The notes under the pieces: model-generated
The model's database searches: none
Told to the model about the DNA's origin: nothing
Seen by the model: the letters and a program-made list of their open reading frames with translations, nothing else
Shown here: in pieces, positions 35,169 through 44,470 of the stretch
Layout of the letters: every line of letters starts with the position of its first letter
Numbering within the stretch: the stretch's first letter is position 1
Position numbers and translations under genes: made by a program
DNA from: Patescibacteria group bacterium
Lineage (GTDB): Bacteria > Patescibacteriota > Microgenomatia > UBA8517
Direction of reading: 5' to 3'
DNA: 64,000 bases
NCBI GenBank assembly: GCA_041742135.1
Contig: JBGSJG010000004.1
Coordinates: forward strand, 235,773 to 299,772

Positions 35169-36059
35169 ATGAAGTCAGTTCTTTTCTTCCTATTTTCCTT
35201 CGTATCGCTTGCGTTATTGGCGGTTTTATTTACACCCATTGGTCAGGTCGATGTGGATAAACCAGAAAGTGTAAGTGTAATTTTTGGCGGCGATGTAATG
35301 CTTGGCCGCAGTGTAATGACTACAGCTCTTCGGGCCAACGACCCAACTTATCCATTTCATAATATTGCCGATACGTTGTCAGAAGTTGATATCGCTTTTG
35401 TTAATCTGGAGAACCCAGTTGTAGACAACTGTCCTGAGCGTGTCGAAGGACTGGTTTTTTGTGCTGATCCCAAAATGACCCAAGGATTGGTTTATTCTGG
35501 GGTTGATATTGTAAATTTGGCAAACAACCACACGCTAAATTACGCCAAAGCCGGTTTTGAATCTACCAAGGCATATCTTTCAGATCAAAATATTAAATAC
35601 ACCGGAGACGGACAGCTGGTTGTCGTGAGCAAAAATGGCACGAGCTTTGGTTTTCTGGGCTTTGAAAAATCCCAGCAAGCAAGCCCTGCGCTAAGCCCCA
35701 CTGAAAGAAACTTAATTGAAGACTCAAATCAAAAAGTTGATGTACTAATCGTAGCCATGCACTGGGGAGTGGAATACAAAGATACTGCTTTGCCGGGAGT
35801 TACAAAACTGGCATACGAACTGGTCGATTTGGGAGCCGATGTGGTGGTTGGCCACCATCCGCACTGGGTTCAGAACATCGAAACGTACAAAGGCAAAAGA
35901 ATATATTACAGTTTGGGCAACTTAGTGTTCGATCAGATGTGGAGCGAGGAAACGAAGAAAGGCTTGTTGGTAAAATTGACTTTTGAAGGTGGGGAAGTGG
36001 TAGGGGAAGAATTAATAAATACTTATACCCACAAACTGGGCCAACCAGTCATTCGATAA
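35169..36059 (+). CDS. CapA-family (poly-gamma-glutamate synthesis-like) metallophosphoesterase
   Basis: GDVMLGR, NLE, LANNH, HWG.EY, GHHPHWVQ, YSLGN.VFDQ. Confidence 0.92.
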   Translation: MKSVLFFLFSFVSLALLAVLFTPIGQVDVDKPESVSVIFGGDVMLGRSVMTTALRANDPTYPFHNIADTLSEVDIAFVNLENPVVDNCPERVEGLVFCADPKMTQGLVYSGVDIVNLANNHTLNYAKAGFESTKAYLSDQNIKYTGDGQLVVVSKNGTSFGFLGFEKSQQASPALSPTERNLIEDSNQKVDVLIVAMHWGVEYKDTALPGVTKLAYELVDLGADVVVGHHPHWVQNIETYKGKRIYYSLGNLVFDQMWSEETKKGLLVKLTFEGGEVVGEELINTYTHKLGQPVIR

Positions 36060-37119
36060 ACATCGCATCTCCAAAGCTATAAAATCTATATTTGTTTTCA
36101 ATGGCTTCTTTGTAAGCTATTCCTGCCACCGAGGAGTTGAAATCGATAAATTCATTGTCTGTGCCTGTCTGCGCAGGCAGGTTTGGTTTAGAAACAAAAG
36201 CACTGATAAGGGCCAAGAGGGTGGAGTGCGGAAGATGAAAGTTGGTAATTAGGCCATCAACAAATTTAAATTTGTACGGTGGGTAAATAAATATATCTGT
36301 TTCACCTGTTTTTGGCGTTAATTTGTTATTAACGGCAGCACTTTCGAGAACTCTTGTTGTAGTAGTTCCGACTGATATTATTCGTTTGCCGGCAGCCTTA
36401 GCTGCGTTTAGGCGGCTAGCTGTTTTTGGGTCTAAACTGAACCATTCAGAGTGCATTTTGTGATTAGCTAGGCTTTTCTCCTTGATAGGCAAAAATGTTC
36501 CAGCACCAACGTGGAGTGTTACGTATTCCATCTCTACGCCCTTATTTTTAAGTTTATCAATAAGTTCAGGTGTAAAATGAAACCCAGCAGTAGGAGCTGC
36601 GGCACTTCCTGATTCTTTGGCATAAACGGTTTGGTATTTCTCTCTCACTTGGTTTTCGCTAAGTTTTGTATCAATGTAGGGAGGAAGAGGTGTCAGCCCG
36701 CTTTTGGCAAGAATATCCATGAGCTCTTGCCCTTCAGTAAACACCTCTATTTGTACCGAATCAAAGGACTTTTTCGTAACTATTGCGTAAAAATTAGGGA
36801 ATAAGATAGTTCCACCAATTGGGGGTATGCCTTTCCCCAATATTTCCCAAACATTATTGCCAAGATTTTTAAGAAAGAGGACTTCAACTTTGCCACCACT
36901 TTCTTTTTTTCCGATTGCGCGCGCGGGAAACACTTTGGTGTTATTGAATACCAAAACGTCACGCGATGTCAGTAAATCACTGACATCTAAGAAATGTTTG
37001 TGCGAGATTGATGCAGTTTCGCGGTTTATGACAAGTAGTTTCGAATGATCCCTGGGAGACACAGGAGAGTTGGCAATTAATTCGCGAGGCAGATCGTAAT
37101 TAAGCTGAGAAAGAAGCAT
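36049..37119 (-). CDS. queA: S-adenosylmethionine:tRNA ribosyltransferase-isomerase
   Basis: PLPPYI, YQTVYA, AAPTAG.HFT, TLHVGAGTF, VGTT..R.LES, TNFHLP.STL, YRFYSFGDAM. Confidence 0.97.
   Translation of the reverse strand: MLLSQLNYDLPRELIANSPVSPRDHSKLLVINRETASISHKHFLDVSDLLTSRDVLVFNNTKVFPARAIGKKESGGKVEVLFLKNLGNNVWEILGKGIPPIGGTILFPNFYAIVTKKSFDSVQIEVFTEGQELMDILAKSGLTPLPPYIDTKLSENQVREKYQTVYAKESGSAAAPTAGFHFTPELIDKLKNKGVEMEYVTLHVGAGTFLPIKEKSLANHKMHSEWFSLDPKTASRLNAAKAAGKRIISVGTTTTRVLESAAVNNKLTPKTGETDIFIYPPYKFKFVDGLITNFHLPHSTLLALISAFVSKPNLPAQTGTDNEFIDFNSSVAGIAYKEAIENKYRFYSFGDAMFIE
36164..36181. repeat. 18-bp palindrome in frame inside queA
   Basis: CCTGTCTGCGCAGGCAGG, near-perfect palindrome, encodes LPAQTG. 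Confidence 0.65.
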
Positions 37120-37126
37120 CTATCTA

Positions 37127-37387
37127 CTAGTGCCGCTCGCCATAGCCAAAAGTACGAATTTCCTCTCTGCGAGTTGCTGCAGTTTTAACTTCAATCAAGG
37201 TCATGGCTCTTTCTTGGGCGGGCGTAACAGTGTCCACTGGACGTGGGTTTGGCTCGCCAATCCACACCCGTGCCGCTTCTATGCGCGCTTGTCTTTTTTC
37301 TTCGTCGGTCATGACAACCTCAACTGGTTCTTGCGCAACATGAGCGTTGGTTCTACTAAAACGGCCAATAACTCGTCCGAATTCCAT
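37127..37387 (-). CDS. Small hypothetical protein
   Basis: ATG about 12 nt after TGGTATAAT; co-oriented with queA. Confidence 0.6.
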   Translation of the reverse strand: MEFGRVIGRFSRTNAHVAQEPVEVVMTDEEKRQARIEAARVWIGEPNPRPVDTVTPAQERAMTLIEVKTAATRREEIRTFGYGERH

Positions 37388-37438
37388 TATGGCTCGAATT
37401 ATACCAAATTGCTGGTTTTATATCAAAATATCGTCAGT

Positions 37439-38041
37439 TTATTGCTTTTGCTTTGGAAATACTGCATGCAAATTTTCGGCAAGAAATTGCTCTACGCATG
37501 ATAGTTGCAGACACGTGAGTACGGTGCTGCTTGGCGCGCTTAGCCTTTCGTACTGTCCTTGTAATCTTTTTTGAAGCTCGCGCTCTACTGTCTCCCAGGT
37601 TTCCATTCTGCCAAGATCGTCTAGGTCTTCACGGTAGATCTGCACCATGTGTGAGGCTGCTTGAGATTCTACGATTTTAAGAGCAACCTCGCCCGATGGT
37701 TTTTCGTGTCTGATTATCCAATCTCTAAAAGCTCGATATTGATGGTCTTCGGGTAATGAGTCGAAATATGAAATTCTCTCCATGATCGCTACTTTAAAAA
37801 ACGGGGGCATGCAAGCAGCCGGTGTGTTATTAAACATTATTGGTTCTAAATTCTGAAGAGTGGGGCATGAACAAAGTGATTGGGATATTGCAAAAAGCAT
37901 ACTGTTGATACTTCCGGGCGCGCAATCTTCCATTTCAGCGACAGCCAACGTACTCCAGGTGCTCATTGCTGTTTTTATCTGTACGGCAGCATAAAGATCT
38001 ACGGCAGCCAAACTATCGATTGATGGAATCTCGATGCTCAT
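37439..38041 (-). CDS. Hypothetical protein (orphan)
   Basis: 200 aa ORF directly downstream of the tRNA-Tyr 3' duplication. Confidence 0.55.
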   Translation of the reverse strand: MSIEIPSIDSLAAVDLYAAVQIKTAMSTWSTLAVAEMEDCAPGSINSMLFAISQSLCSCPTLQNLEPIMFNNTPAACMPPFFKVAIMERISYFDSLPEDHQYRAFRDWIIRHEKPSGEVALKIVESQAASHMVQIYREDLDDLGRMETWETVERELQKRLQGQYERLSAPSSTVLTCLQLSCVEQFLAENLHAVFPKQKQ

Positions 38042-38066
38042 ATTAACAATAAAAAGGAGGGCAGTT

Positions 38067-38164
38067 GTGTGCCGAGATTAGGATTCGCCGTGCAAAACAA
38101 ACTCCCGATGCGCTATCGAATCATAATAAGGCACGAGCAAAGCGTGTGCCGAGATTAGGATTCG
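38067..38164. repeat. 21-bp direct repeat of the tRNA-Tyr 3' end (att-like)
   Basis: GTGTGCCGAGATTAGGATTCG at 38067-38087 and 38144-38164. Confidence 0.85.
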
Positions 38165-38231
38165 AACCTAAGCAGGCCTTTCGGCCGCCAGATTTACAGT
38201 CTGGTGCGATTGTCCACTCCGCCATCTCGGC
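38147..38231 (-). tRNA. tRNA-Tyr (GTA)
   Basis: GCCGAGA/TCTCGGC stem, CCAGA-CTGTAAA-TCTGG, long variable arm GGCC-GAAA-GGCC. Confidence 0.96.
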
Positions 38232-38258
38232 CCTTCAAGTTCTTCAGGGTAAACTTTG

Positions 38259-38331
38259 AGCCTTCCTTGGGATTCGAACCCAAGACCCCCTGTTTACAAA
38301 ACAGGTGCTCTAACCGCTGAGCTAGGAAGGC
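38259..38331 (-). tRNA. tRNA-Thr (TGT)
   Basis: GCCTTCC/GGAAGGC stem, CCTGT-TTTGTAA-ACAGG, GTTCGAATC. Confidence 0.96.
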
Positions 38332-38380
38332 AAGCAAAAGAATTATACCAGATTTGAGGCAAAACCATCAAAGAAGCTTG

Positions 38381-38561
38381 TGACCCCGCCTAGGGGTTTT
38401 CGGACGTCTTTTCCTGGAAAAAACCAGGTGGGCTAAGCTATTCCAGCGCTTTCGCAACCGGAAACGCGCTTCCCGACACCAGGCCGAGGTTTGGGCTTTC
38501 CCCAAACTCCCAAAAGTGACGTAGTCAGGAAAAGTCTACCGATCACCCTTTAGCAGGGTCA
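38381..38561 (-). ncRNA. ssrS: Probable 6S RNA
   Basis: About 181 nt rod with closing stem TGACCC/GGGTCA, CTTTTCCTG/CAGGAAAAG, central bubble, GGGAG and CCCACCTG motifs; TGGTAAAAT 5 nt upstream. Confidence 0.72.
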
Positions 38562-38602
38562 TGTATATTTTACCATTGTGAAGCAATGGAAGTAGTGGCA
38601 AT

Positions 38603-39238
38603 TTATATGCCCGGGATATAAACAGAAAGCAAAAAGTCGATAATTGGGGATAATATTGCAAAAACTGGTGAGCTTCCAAAGACTGGGAAAATTAAGATTA
38701 TAAGTATAAACATGCCATAGCGATGCATTATCGCGTCTACCTGTGCGGCTTCTTTTGGAGGCAAAAGGGCGACTAAAATTTTGCCTCCATCCAGAGGGTG
38801 AACGGGAACTAAGTTAAAAATTGCCAGCACTACGTTAAGCATTATAAAGGGAGGAATAAAAGGTGCTAAAAATGCGATCCCTGAAAAAGGCATTAGGCTT
38901 ATGCGAAGAATTACAGACAAAGCGCTTGCCAAAATTAAATTTGAGGCAGGACCAGCAAGGGAGATTATAGCAGTGTCACGTCTAGGGTTTTCCAAATTGA
39001 ACGGATCAAATTGTACAGGGCGCCCCCAGCCAAAGCGAACCAATAGAAGCATCAGAGTGCCCAATGGATCCAGATGTGCCAAAGGATTTAAGGTCAAGCG
39101 GCCTTGAAGGCGTGGGGTTGGGTCTCCGAGCCGTACAGCAGTCCAGGCGTGAGCAAATTCGTGCACAGTCACAGCAGAAACTAAGGCTGCTGCCCAAAAA
39201 AGGAATTGAAGTGGATCAGAAAAAAGATAGCCAATCAT
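38603..39238 (-). CDS. Site-2 protease family (M50) membrane metalloprotease
   Basis: HEFAH, GD.T...GRLTLNP..H.D, AGP.SN, FNL.P..PLDG. Confidence 0.93.
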   Translation of the reverse strand: MIGYLFSDPLQFLFWAAALVSAVTVHEFAHAWTAVRLGDPTPRLQGRLTLNPLAHLDPLGTLMLLLVRFGWGRPVQFDPFNLENPRRDTAIISLAGPASNLILASALSVILRISLMPFSGIAFLAPFIPPFIMLNVVLAIFNLVPVHPLDGGKILVALLPPKEAAQVDAIMHRYGMFILIILIFPVFGSSPVFAILSPIIDFLLSVYIPGI

Positions 39239-39282
39239 TAAAGTCTTAATATTATACTAAATCTGTGCTACAATACCTAGCA

Positions 39283-39522
39283 ATGTCAATGGTTTGTTAC
39301 ATATGCGGAAAGAGGTCGGTTTTTGGTAGTTCCCAGAAGCACCGAAGGGGTGTTGCTGGAAAACGATGGAAAAACCGCGTTACACCAACTCCTCGTCTTT
39401 TTAAGCCTAATTTACAGGTTGCCAGTGTTCAAGTGGAAGGCCGTGAAGTCCGAGTGAAGACTTGTGCAAAGTGCCTTAAAAGAATTAAGAAAAATAAGTC
39501 CGAAGCCTTCATGCAAGCTTAG
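39283..39522 (+). CDS. rpmB: 50S ribosomal protein L28
   Basis: C.ICGK...G, R.FKPNLQ, C.KCLK. Confidence 0.88.
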   Translation: MSMVCYICGKRSVFGSSQKHRRGVAGKRWKNRVTPTPRLFKPNLQVASVQVEGREVRVKTCAKCLKRIKKNKSEAFMQA

Positions 39523-40273
39523 TACTAAATCCTTCAATATTTGCATCAGACTTCACGAATTTGCCATCTAGGTCAAAGAATACAATTTCTGGCTTACCGA
39601 AAGTGGAGTGTCTTTGTTGTCGGATATTGTGGTATTCACCAAGACCACCCAAAGCGTTTTGAAAATTAGACAAGCTAAGAAGATCGCTCGGTTCAAGGCC
39701 GTAAATTTCGCGACTGTCAATTTTTTTCATGGCCAAACCGAATGGAATTGACCCAGAAGGTGTTTCTAGGGCCAAAATCGTGTTAACAGGATATGTGGAA
39801 ATTACCATACCTTTAAATTCGGCTGGCCCTCTCCTGAAGGCCGAGTTGTGATTGGCGGCTCTAGCGAATATGTCTGCCTCGCATGCTTTATCCGTCCTGC
39901 CTAGTTTGGACATTTCCAGATCCAATATTGCAGATTGTAGTTGAGCTATGTTGCGTACCATACTCGGATAATTTTCCGCTTCGGGACTCAAGATAGCATA
40001 AATCCCGCTCATAATTTCCAGAAGTATTTCGGTATTTTGAGTTACAGGTAGGGGCAGGTCGAACGGAATTAACACTACGTTGTCTGTGGGTTTGCTTACT
40101 CCATCCTCCTTATCTACATAATGTTCATCAAAGCACATCATGTAATTCCCGCACTCCATTAGTCTTTCCGGAGATGTAATTTGTCGAAGTTGCTCTACTG
40201 TTAAGGACTTCACATCCACGTTTCGAAGACCGTCTTCTATGCTCAAAACATGAGGCAATTCAGCTCCTTCCAT
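39509..40273 (-). CDS. Hypothetical protein (orphan)
   Basis: 254 aa ORF starting 7 bp after the fmt stop. Confidence 0.65.
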   Translation of the reverse strand: MEGAELPHVLSIEDGLRNVDVKSLTVEQLRQITSPERLMECGNYMMCFDEHYVDKEDGVSKPTDNVVLIPFDLPLPVTQNTEILLEIMSGIYAILSPEAENYPSMVRNIAQLQSAILDLEMSKLGRTDKACEADIFARAANHNSAFRRGPAEFKGMVISTYPVNTILALETPSGSIPFGLAMKKIDSREIYGLEPSDLLSLSNFQNALGGLGEYHNIRQQRHSTFGKPEIVFFDLDGKFVKSDANIEGFSTKLA

Positions 40274-40279
40274 ATAGTT

Positions 40280-41131
40280 TTAACTAGATAATTCAAAGCC
40301 GGAATGGCCTCTTTGAAACTCTTCCCAACTAACGGGATTTTTGCCTTCAAGCTGAACTTCGTCCAAAACGAGTTTGTCGTTCTCTAAGTGGCATTTTAAG
40401 ATCTTTAGTCTTAACACTTCGTTGTTAATTTTCACCTTAGTCCAAATTCCAGGCCAAGGATCATAAGCTCTAAATTTGTTGAAAGTTGTAGTCGGGTCTT
40501 CAAAAATGTTTTCAATATAGCCATCGTCTTTTTTAAGAATTTTAGTAAATGTTGCCTCATCATGATTTTGTTCTTTTAGGTTTATTTTGCCATTAACATA
40601 ATTTGGAATTAGCGCGACCAAAAAATCGACAGTTCGCTCAAATAATTTGTTGCGCAGTGTATCGTTGCTGTCATCCGGCAAAATATCTTCACGGAAACTG
40701 GAAACAATTGGGCCGTGATCCATAAGCTCATCCATTTTTATAATTGTTACTCCAGTTTGAGTCTCTCCCGCGGCGATCGCGCCTTGAATTGGGGAAGCTC
40801 CGCGATATTTGGGAAGAAGTGAGGGATGGACATTCAAAATTCCATGAGGGAAATGCTTAATTACTGAATTTGGAATTATTCTGCCATAAGCCGCCACGAC
40901 ACCAAGATCTGCCTCGGGAAGATCTGCAAAATCATGAAGGATTTGAATATTGCGATCAAAAGCCCATTTGTCGATAGGCGAGTATTCAAGAAGCTGCTTT
41001 CTGCCTGTTGGCTTGGGTGGTTGGGTGACAACAGCCACAACACCTTTTTCTCGGGTTGTCCGAAAAGCTTTGTAAAGGCCTTCGGCTATTGGGACTACGA
41101 AATCTGGTGTGCCAAAAAATATAATTTTCAT
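40280..41131 (-). CDS. fmt: Methionyl-tRNA formyltransferase
   Basis: FFGTPDF, VVTQP, AYG.I, NVHPSLLPKYRGASPIQ, MD..MD.G, PWPG. Confidence 0.96.
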   Translation of the reverse strand: MKIIFFGTPDFVVPIAEGLYKAFRTTREKGVVAVVTQPPKPTGRKQLLEYSPIDKWAFDRNIQILHDFADLPEADLGVVAAYGRIIPNSVIKHFPHGILNVHPSLLPKYRGASPIQGAIAAGETQTGVTIIKMDELMDHGPIVSSFREDILPDDSNDTLRNKLFERTVDFLVALIPNYVNGKINLKEQNHDEATFTKILKKDDGYIENIFEDPTTTFNKFRAYDPWPGIWTKVKINNEVLRLKILKCHLENDKLVLDEVQLEGKNPVSWEEFQRGHSGFELSS

Positions 41132-41135
41132 ACTT

Positions 41136-41657
41136 CTACGCCAGCTCAACTTCCTCGAACTCATCTCCATCAAATTTATACAAAGGTGCGTTTTGGCCCA
41201 AGATGTGATCAATAAAAAGCACGCCTTTTAAGTGATCAGTTTCGTGGGCGATGATATGGGCCATGAAGCCTTTGAAAGTTTCTCTTTTTTTGGTACCTTT
41301 TTCGTCCAAATAGTCAATTGTAATTTCCTCGGGTCGCTTAATCGGGCCGTAGTAATGAGGCAAAGATAGGCATCCTTCCAGCGTTTTTTCTTTCCTTTTG
41401 GTTTTGGGCAAGTCAGCAACGGAAATTATTTTGGGATTAATTACAACAAGTTCTGTGCCTTCAAAGTTAACCAAAAAAATCTGCAACGACTTGCCGATTT
41501 GAGGTGCCGCAAGACCAATACCCTCAGGGTCGTTAGCCGCTGTTAAAGTTTCCTTCATGTCTGAAATCAGACCAAGAACTTTTTTATCGATCACGCCGAC
41601 GGCTTTAGCTTTTTGCCGCAAGATCGGGTCTTTTATATCAACAAATTTAAGAATCAT
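41136..41657 (-). CDS. def: Peptide deformylase
   Basis: GIGLAAPQIG, EGCLS, HETDHL.G. Confidence 0.97.
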   Translation of the reverse strand: MILKFVDIKDPILRQKAKAVGVIDKKVLGLISDMKETLTAANDPEGIGLAAPQIGKSLQIFLVNFEGTELVVINPKIISVADLPKTKRKEKTLEGCLSLPHYYGPIKRPEEITIDYLDEKGTKKRETFKGFMAHIIAHETDHLKGVLFIDHILGQNAPLYKFDGDEFEEVELA

Positions 41658-42148
41658 ATCTGTAGTATACCAAAAGTGGCATGTAAACTCTTTGCTTTTT
41701 CGTAATCCGGCTTTAGCTCTAGTGTTTTGAGCAGAGTTTTTTTGGCCAATTCTTTGTGGCCGAGCTTAAGATAATTAAGCGTTAGTTGATAAGTGACCCA
41801 AGGGTCTGTGGGTGCAAGTTGCCGGAGACGCATGAGGACTTCGTTTTCGCGCCCGAGATACTCTGGATTATTTTCTGCCAAGTCAGAATAAGTAAGGCTA
41901 ATGGATTTAAGAAGTTTTATGTTTCTGGGGGAGGCGGAACTGGCCTTTTCCAAAAGACTTACCGCGTTTGAGGGCAGCTGGGCTGCATAGCCAATTTTGT
42001 AAAGCGGTTCACTCGAAAGTGCAATTGCCCGTTCGTAGTCTTTTTGCGAATAAAAATAATCAGCAAGCACGTAGCGCACAAGTGCGATGAGTAGGTAGCC
42101 AGTAGTGAATATGCAGGCAAGAGTTAATATTTTTTGCTTTAAGCTCAT
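41654..42148 (-). CDS. TM + TPR-like protein (possibly the split C-terminus of the upstream ligase)
   Basis: A..L.P, LAPTDP, LELKPDY TPR-like patterns. Confidence 0.65.
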   Translation of the reverse strand: MSLKQKILTLACIFTTGYLLIALVRYVLADYFYSQKDYERAIALSSEPLYKIGYAAQLPSNAVSLLEKASSASPRNIKLLKSISLTYSDLAENNPEYLGRENEVLMRLRQLAPTDPWVTYQLTLNYLKLGHKELAKKTLLKTLELKPDYEKAKSLHATFGILQI

Positions 42149-43380
42149 TTTAATTTTAATGAAATTGCAGGGTATAGGAAAAACAAGAGCCCGATCGTAA
42201 CAGTCGAGAAGCCAAAAAAGTTAGTGACTAAAATGCTTGTGAATCCCGCTAGTAGTGCCCAACCGATGGCGGTTTTATTTTTCAAAAGCGTTTTAAGCAT
42301 TGCGAGAATCAAGATTGCATATGCTGCCAACCCAACGGTCCCTGTTGTTGCCGCGAAGTTAAGATACTCATTGTGAGCTTTGTTGTATAAAAAATTCCAT
42401 TCAGAAGTTGTGTTGTGTGAAGCTGGGCGAGTTTCATAGTAAGAAAACGCAAATGTTTCAACCCCTGTTCCCAGGATTGGATATTTTTTCCAAAGATCAA
42501 ATGCCCCTTCCCAGACAATTCGGCGAATGTCACCTGATTCAGTAACGCCCTCCACAGGTGGAGTGTCGGAAGCTTTAAATGGATTCCAAACAAAGACAGT
42601 AGCCAGCAGGCAATAGGTGGCTGTTAAAAGAAGTAGTGAGAAATGTTTTTTTAAACTTGGTAGCCAAAAAATTACGAAAGCGACTGCAAAGCCCAAAAGC
42701 CCTGAACGGGATTTTGTAAACAGAAGAGCAATAAACAGTAACAAAGAAAGCGCTACGTAGGTTCTGTCGTTTTTTGCGCGCATGGCAAATGCCCAACTTA
42801 CGGGGATTGCGGCGACTAAAACTGCGGCCAACCAATTTGGCTGGCCGAGTGTAGAAAATACACGTTCCTGCACATTTTGCACAAAACAATTGGTATCAAA
42901 TGCGCCTGATATTAATAAACACGACGGGCTTGCTCCTATGTGCTCAAACCCTGCCCACACTGCGACTATGCTAACTGAAATCAACAATGTTTTAATTATT
43001 CCTTTCGCTTGCTTTGTGTTAATAAAAGTAACTATCGCAAAGTATAAAATCGCGTAGGAAACCCACGACAAAAGCCCGCCATGAAATCGGCCATAATAGC
43101 CCAGTATCGAAGTTCTAGGGTCAATGGAAATGATTGTGGCGATAGTTTGTGAAAGCAAAAAAATTACAATTGGCAGAGTTAGGGGAGATTTTTTAAATAC
43201 GAATTTTTTTTGTTTTATGGATTCCAAGCTCCAAAAAAAGACAATAAGAATAGTAAATGCATAAACTAAAATAATCTTGGGAAACTCGAATATTTCAGAA
43301 AATTTTGGAAAAAAAGTTAGAGGTAAGACAAAAACAAGAAGATGGATTAAAAATGCGACGGTTTTCATTTGACTGCTCAA
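42145..43380 (-). CDS. O-antigen ligase family (Wzy_C) membrane protein
   Basis: STLGQPNWLA, TKSRSG, R..VW..A......PILGTG, AHNEYL....TG..G. Confidence 0.9.
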   Translation of the reverse strand: MSSQMKTVAFLIHLLVFVLPLTFFPKFSEIFEFPKIILVYAFTILIVFFWSLESIKQKKFVFKKSPLTLPIVIFLLSQTIATIISIDPRTSILGYYGRFHGGLLSWVSYAILYFAIVTFINTKQAKGIIKTLLISVSIVAVWAGFEHIGASPSCLLISGAFDTNCFVQNVQERVFSTLGQPNWLAAVLVAAIPVSWAFAMRAKNDRTYVALSLLLFIALLFTKSRSGLLGFAVAFVIFWLPSLKKHFSLLLLTATYCLLATVFVWNPFKASDTPPVEGVTESGDIRRIVWEGAFDLWKKYPILGTGVETFAFSYYETRPASHNTTSEWNFLYNKAHNEYLNFAATTGTVGLAAYAILILAMLKTLLKNKTAIGWALLAGFTSILVTNFFGFSTVTIGLLFFLYPAISLKLK

Positions 43381-43398
43381 TGATATACTCTAGGCACG

Positions 43399-44448
43399 AT
43401 GTTTCATAGACTTTGGGGACTTTTTTCGGATGATATAGGGATAGATTTGGGAACTGCCAACACACTAGTTTTTGTTCGCGGCAAAGGAATCATGATTCGC
43501 GAGCCCTCGGCAGTGGCTCGAAACAAAAAAACTAAAGAAATCTTGGCGATTGGAAGTGCGGCTAAAAAAATGGTTGGCAGAACGCCTGCTAATATCGAGG
43601 CCATCCGCCCGCTCAAAGATGGAGTTGTTGCAGATTTTGATGCAGCCGCGGCAATGCTTACCCATTATGTCAAACAAGTTCACCAATCTGGCGGGCTAGT
43701 TCCCAAAATTCCCCGCCCCAGAGTGGTAATTGGCATCCCATCGGGAGTTACTGAAGTGGAGAGACGGGCAGTTGCTGACGCTGCAATTGCTGCGGGTGCC
43801 AGAAAAGCTTATCTGGTGGAGGAGCCGATGGCTGCGGCGATTGGCGTTGGGCTTCCGATTTCAGAGCCTAAAGGAAATTTTATCGTAGACATTGGCGGCG
43901 GGACTACTGAGATTGCGGTGATTTCTTTGGGGGGAATCGTTATCGGCCGCTCAGTGCGAACAGCGGGAGATGAGATGGATGAGGCAATAATGAATTATCT
44001 TCGGCTAAAATACGCGCTACTTCTGGGCCAGCCTACCGCTGAGAATGTAAAGATAGAGATAGGCTCTGTGTCTCCTCACGAGAAGGGCGAGAAATTTGCA
44101 GTGGTTCGTGGAAGGGATTTGGAAACCGGCTTGCCTAAATCCATGAAAATTAGTAGTAGCGAAGTGCGTGAGGCCTTGCTGCCGATCGTTCAAGAGTTGG
44201 TGGGCAACATTAAAGATACTCTTGAGGAGGCACCGCCCGAGCTAGTGAGTGATGTAATGCGAGACGGCATTGTTTTGGCGGGAGGAGGCGCTTTGATTGA
44301 GGGCATCGACAAAGTGATCGCGGAAGCTACAAAAACAAAAGTCATAGTTGCAGAGGACGCAATGAGTGCAGTGGCCCGTGGGTGTGGCAAACTTCTTGAT
44401 GATCCCGCGCTTTTGGCACAAGTAAATGTGACAGCAGGGCTTCGCTAG
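43399..44448 (+). CDS. mreB: Rod shape-determining protein MreB
   Basis: DIGIDLGTANT, IRPLKDGV.ADF, EEPMAAAIG, DIGGGTTE, GGGAL. Confidence 0.97.
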   Translation: MFHRLWGLFSDDIGIDLGTANTLVFVRGKGIMIREPSAVARNKKTKEILAIGSAAKKMVGRTPANIEAIRPLKDGVVADFDAAAAMLTHYVKQVHQSGGLVPKIPRPRVVIGIPSGVTEVERRAVADAAIAAGARKAYLVEEPMAAAIGVGLPISEPKGNFIVDIGGGTTEIAVISLGGIVIGRSVRTAGDEMDEAIMNYLRLKYALLLGQPTAENVKIEIGSVSPHEKGEKFAVVRGRDLETGLPKSMKISSSEVREALLPIVQELVGNIKDTLEEAPPELVSDVMRDGIVLAGGGALIEGIDKVIAEATKTKVIVAEDAMSAVARGCGKLLDDPALLAQVNVTAGLR

Positions 44449-44470
44449 CTCGTGGTAAACTGAGCTTGTC

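Noticed and set aside
38067-38164. Possible mini CRISPR array
   Set aside because: Only two 21-bp units, one of which is the tRNA 3' end; no cas genes.
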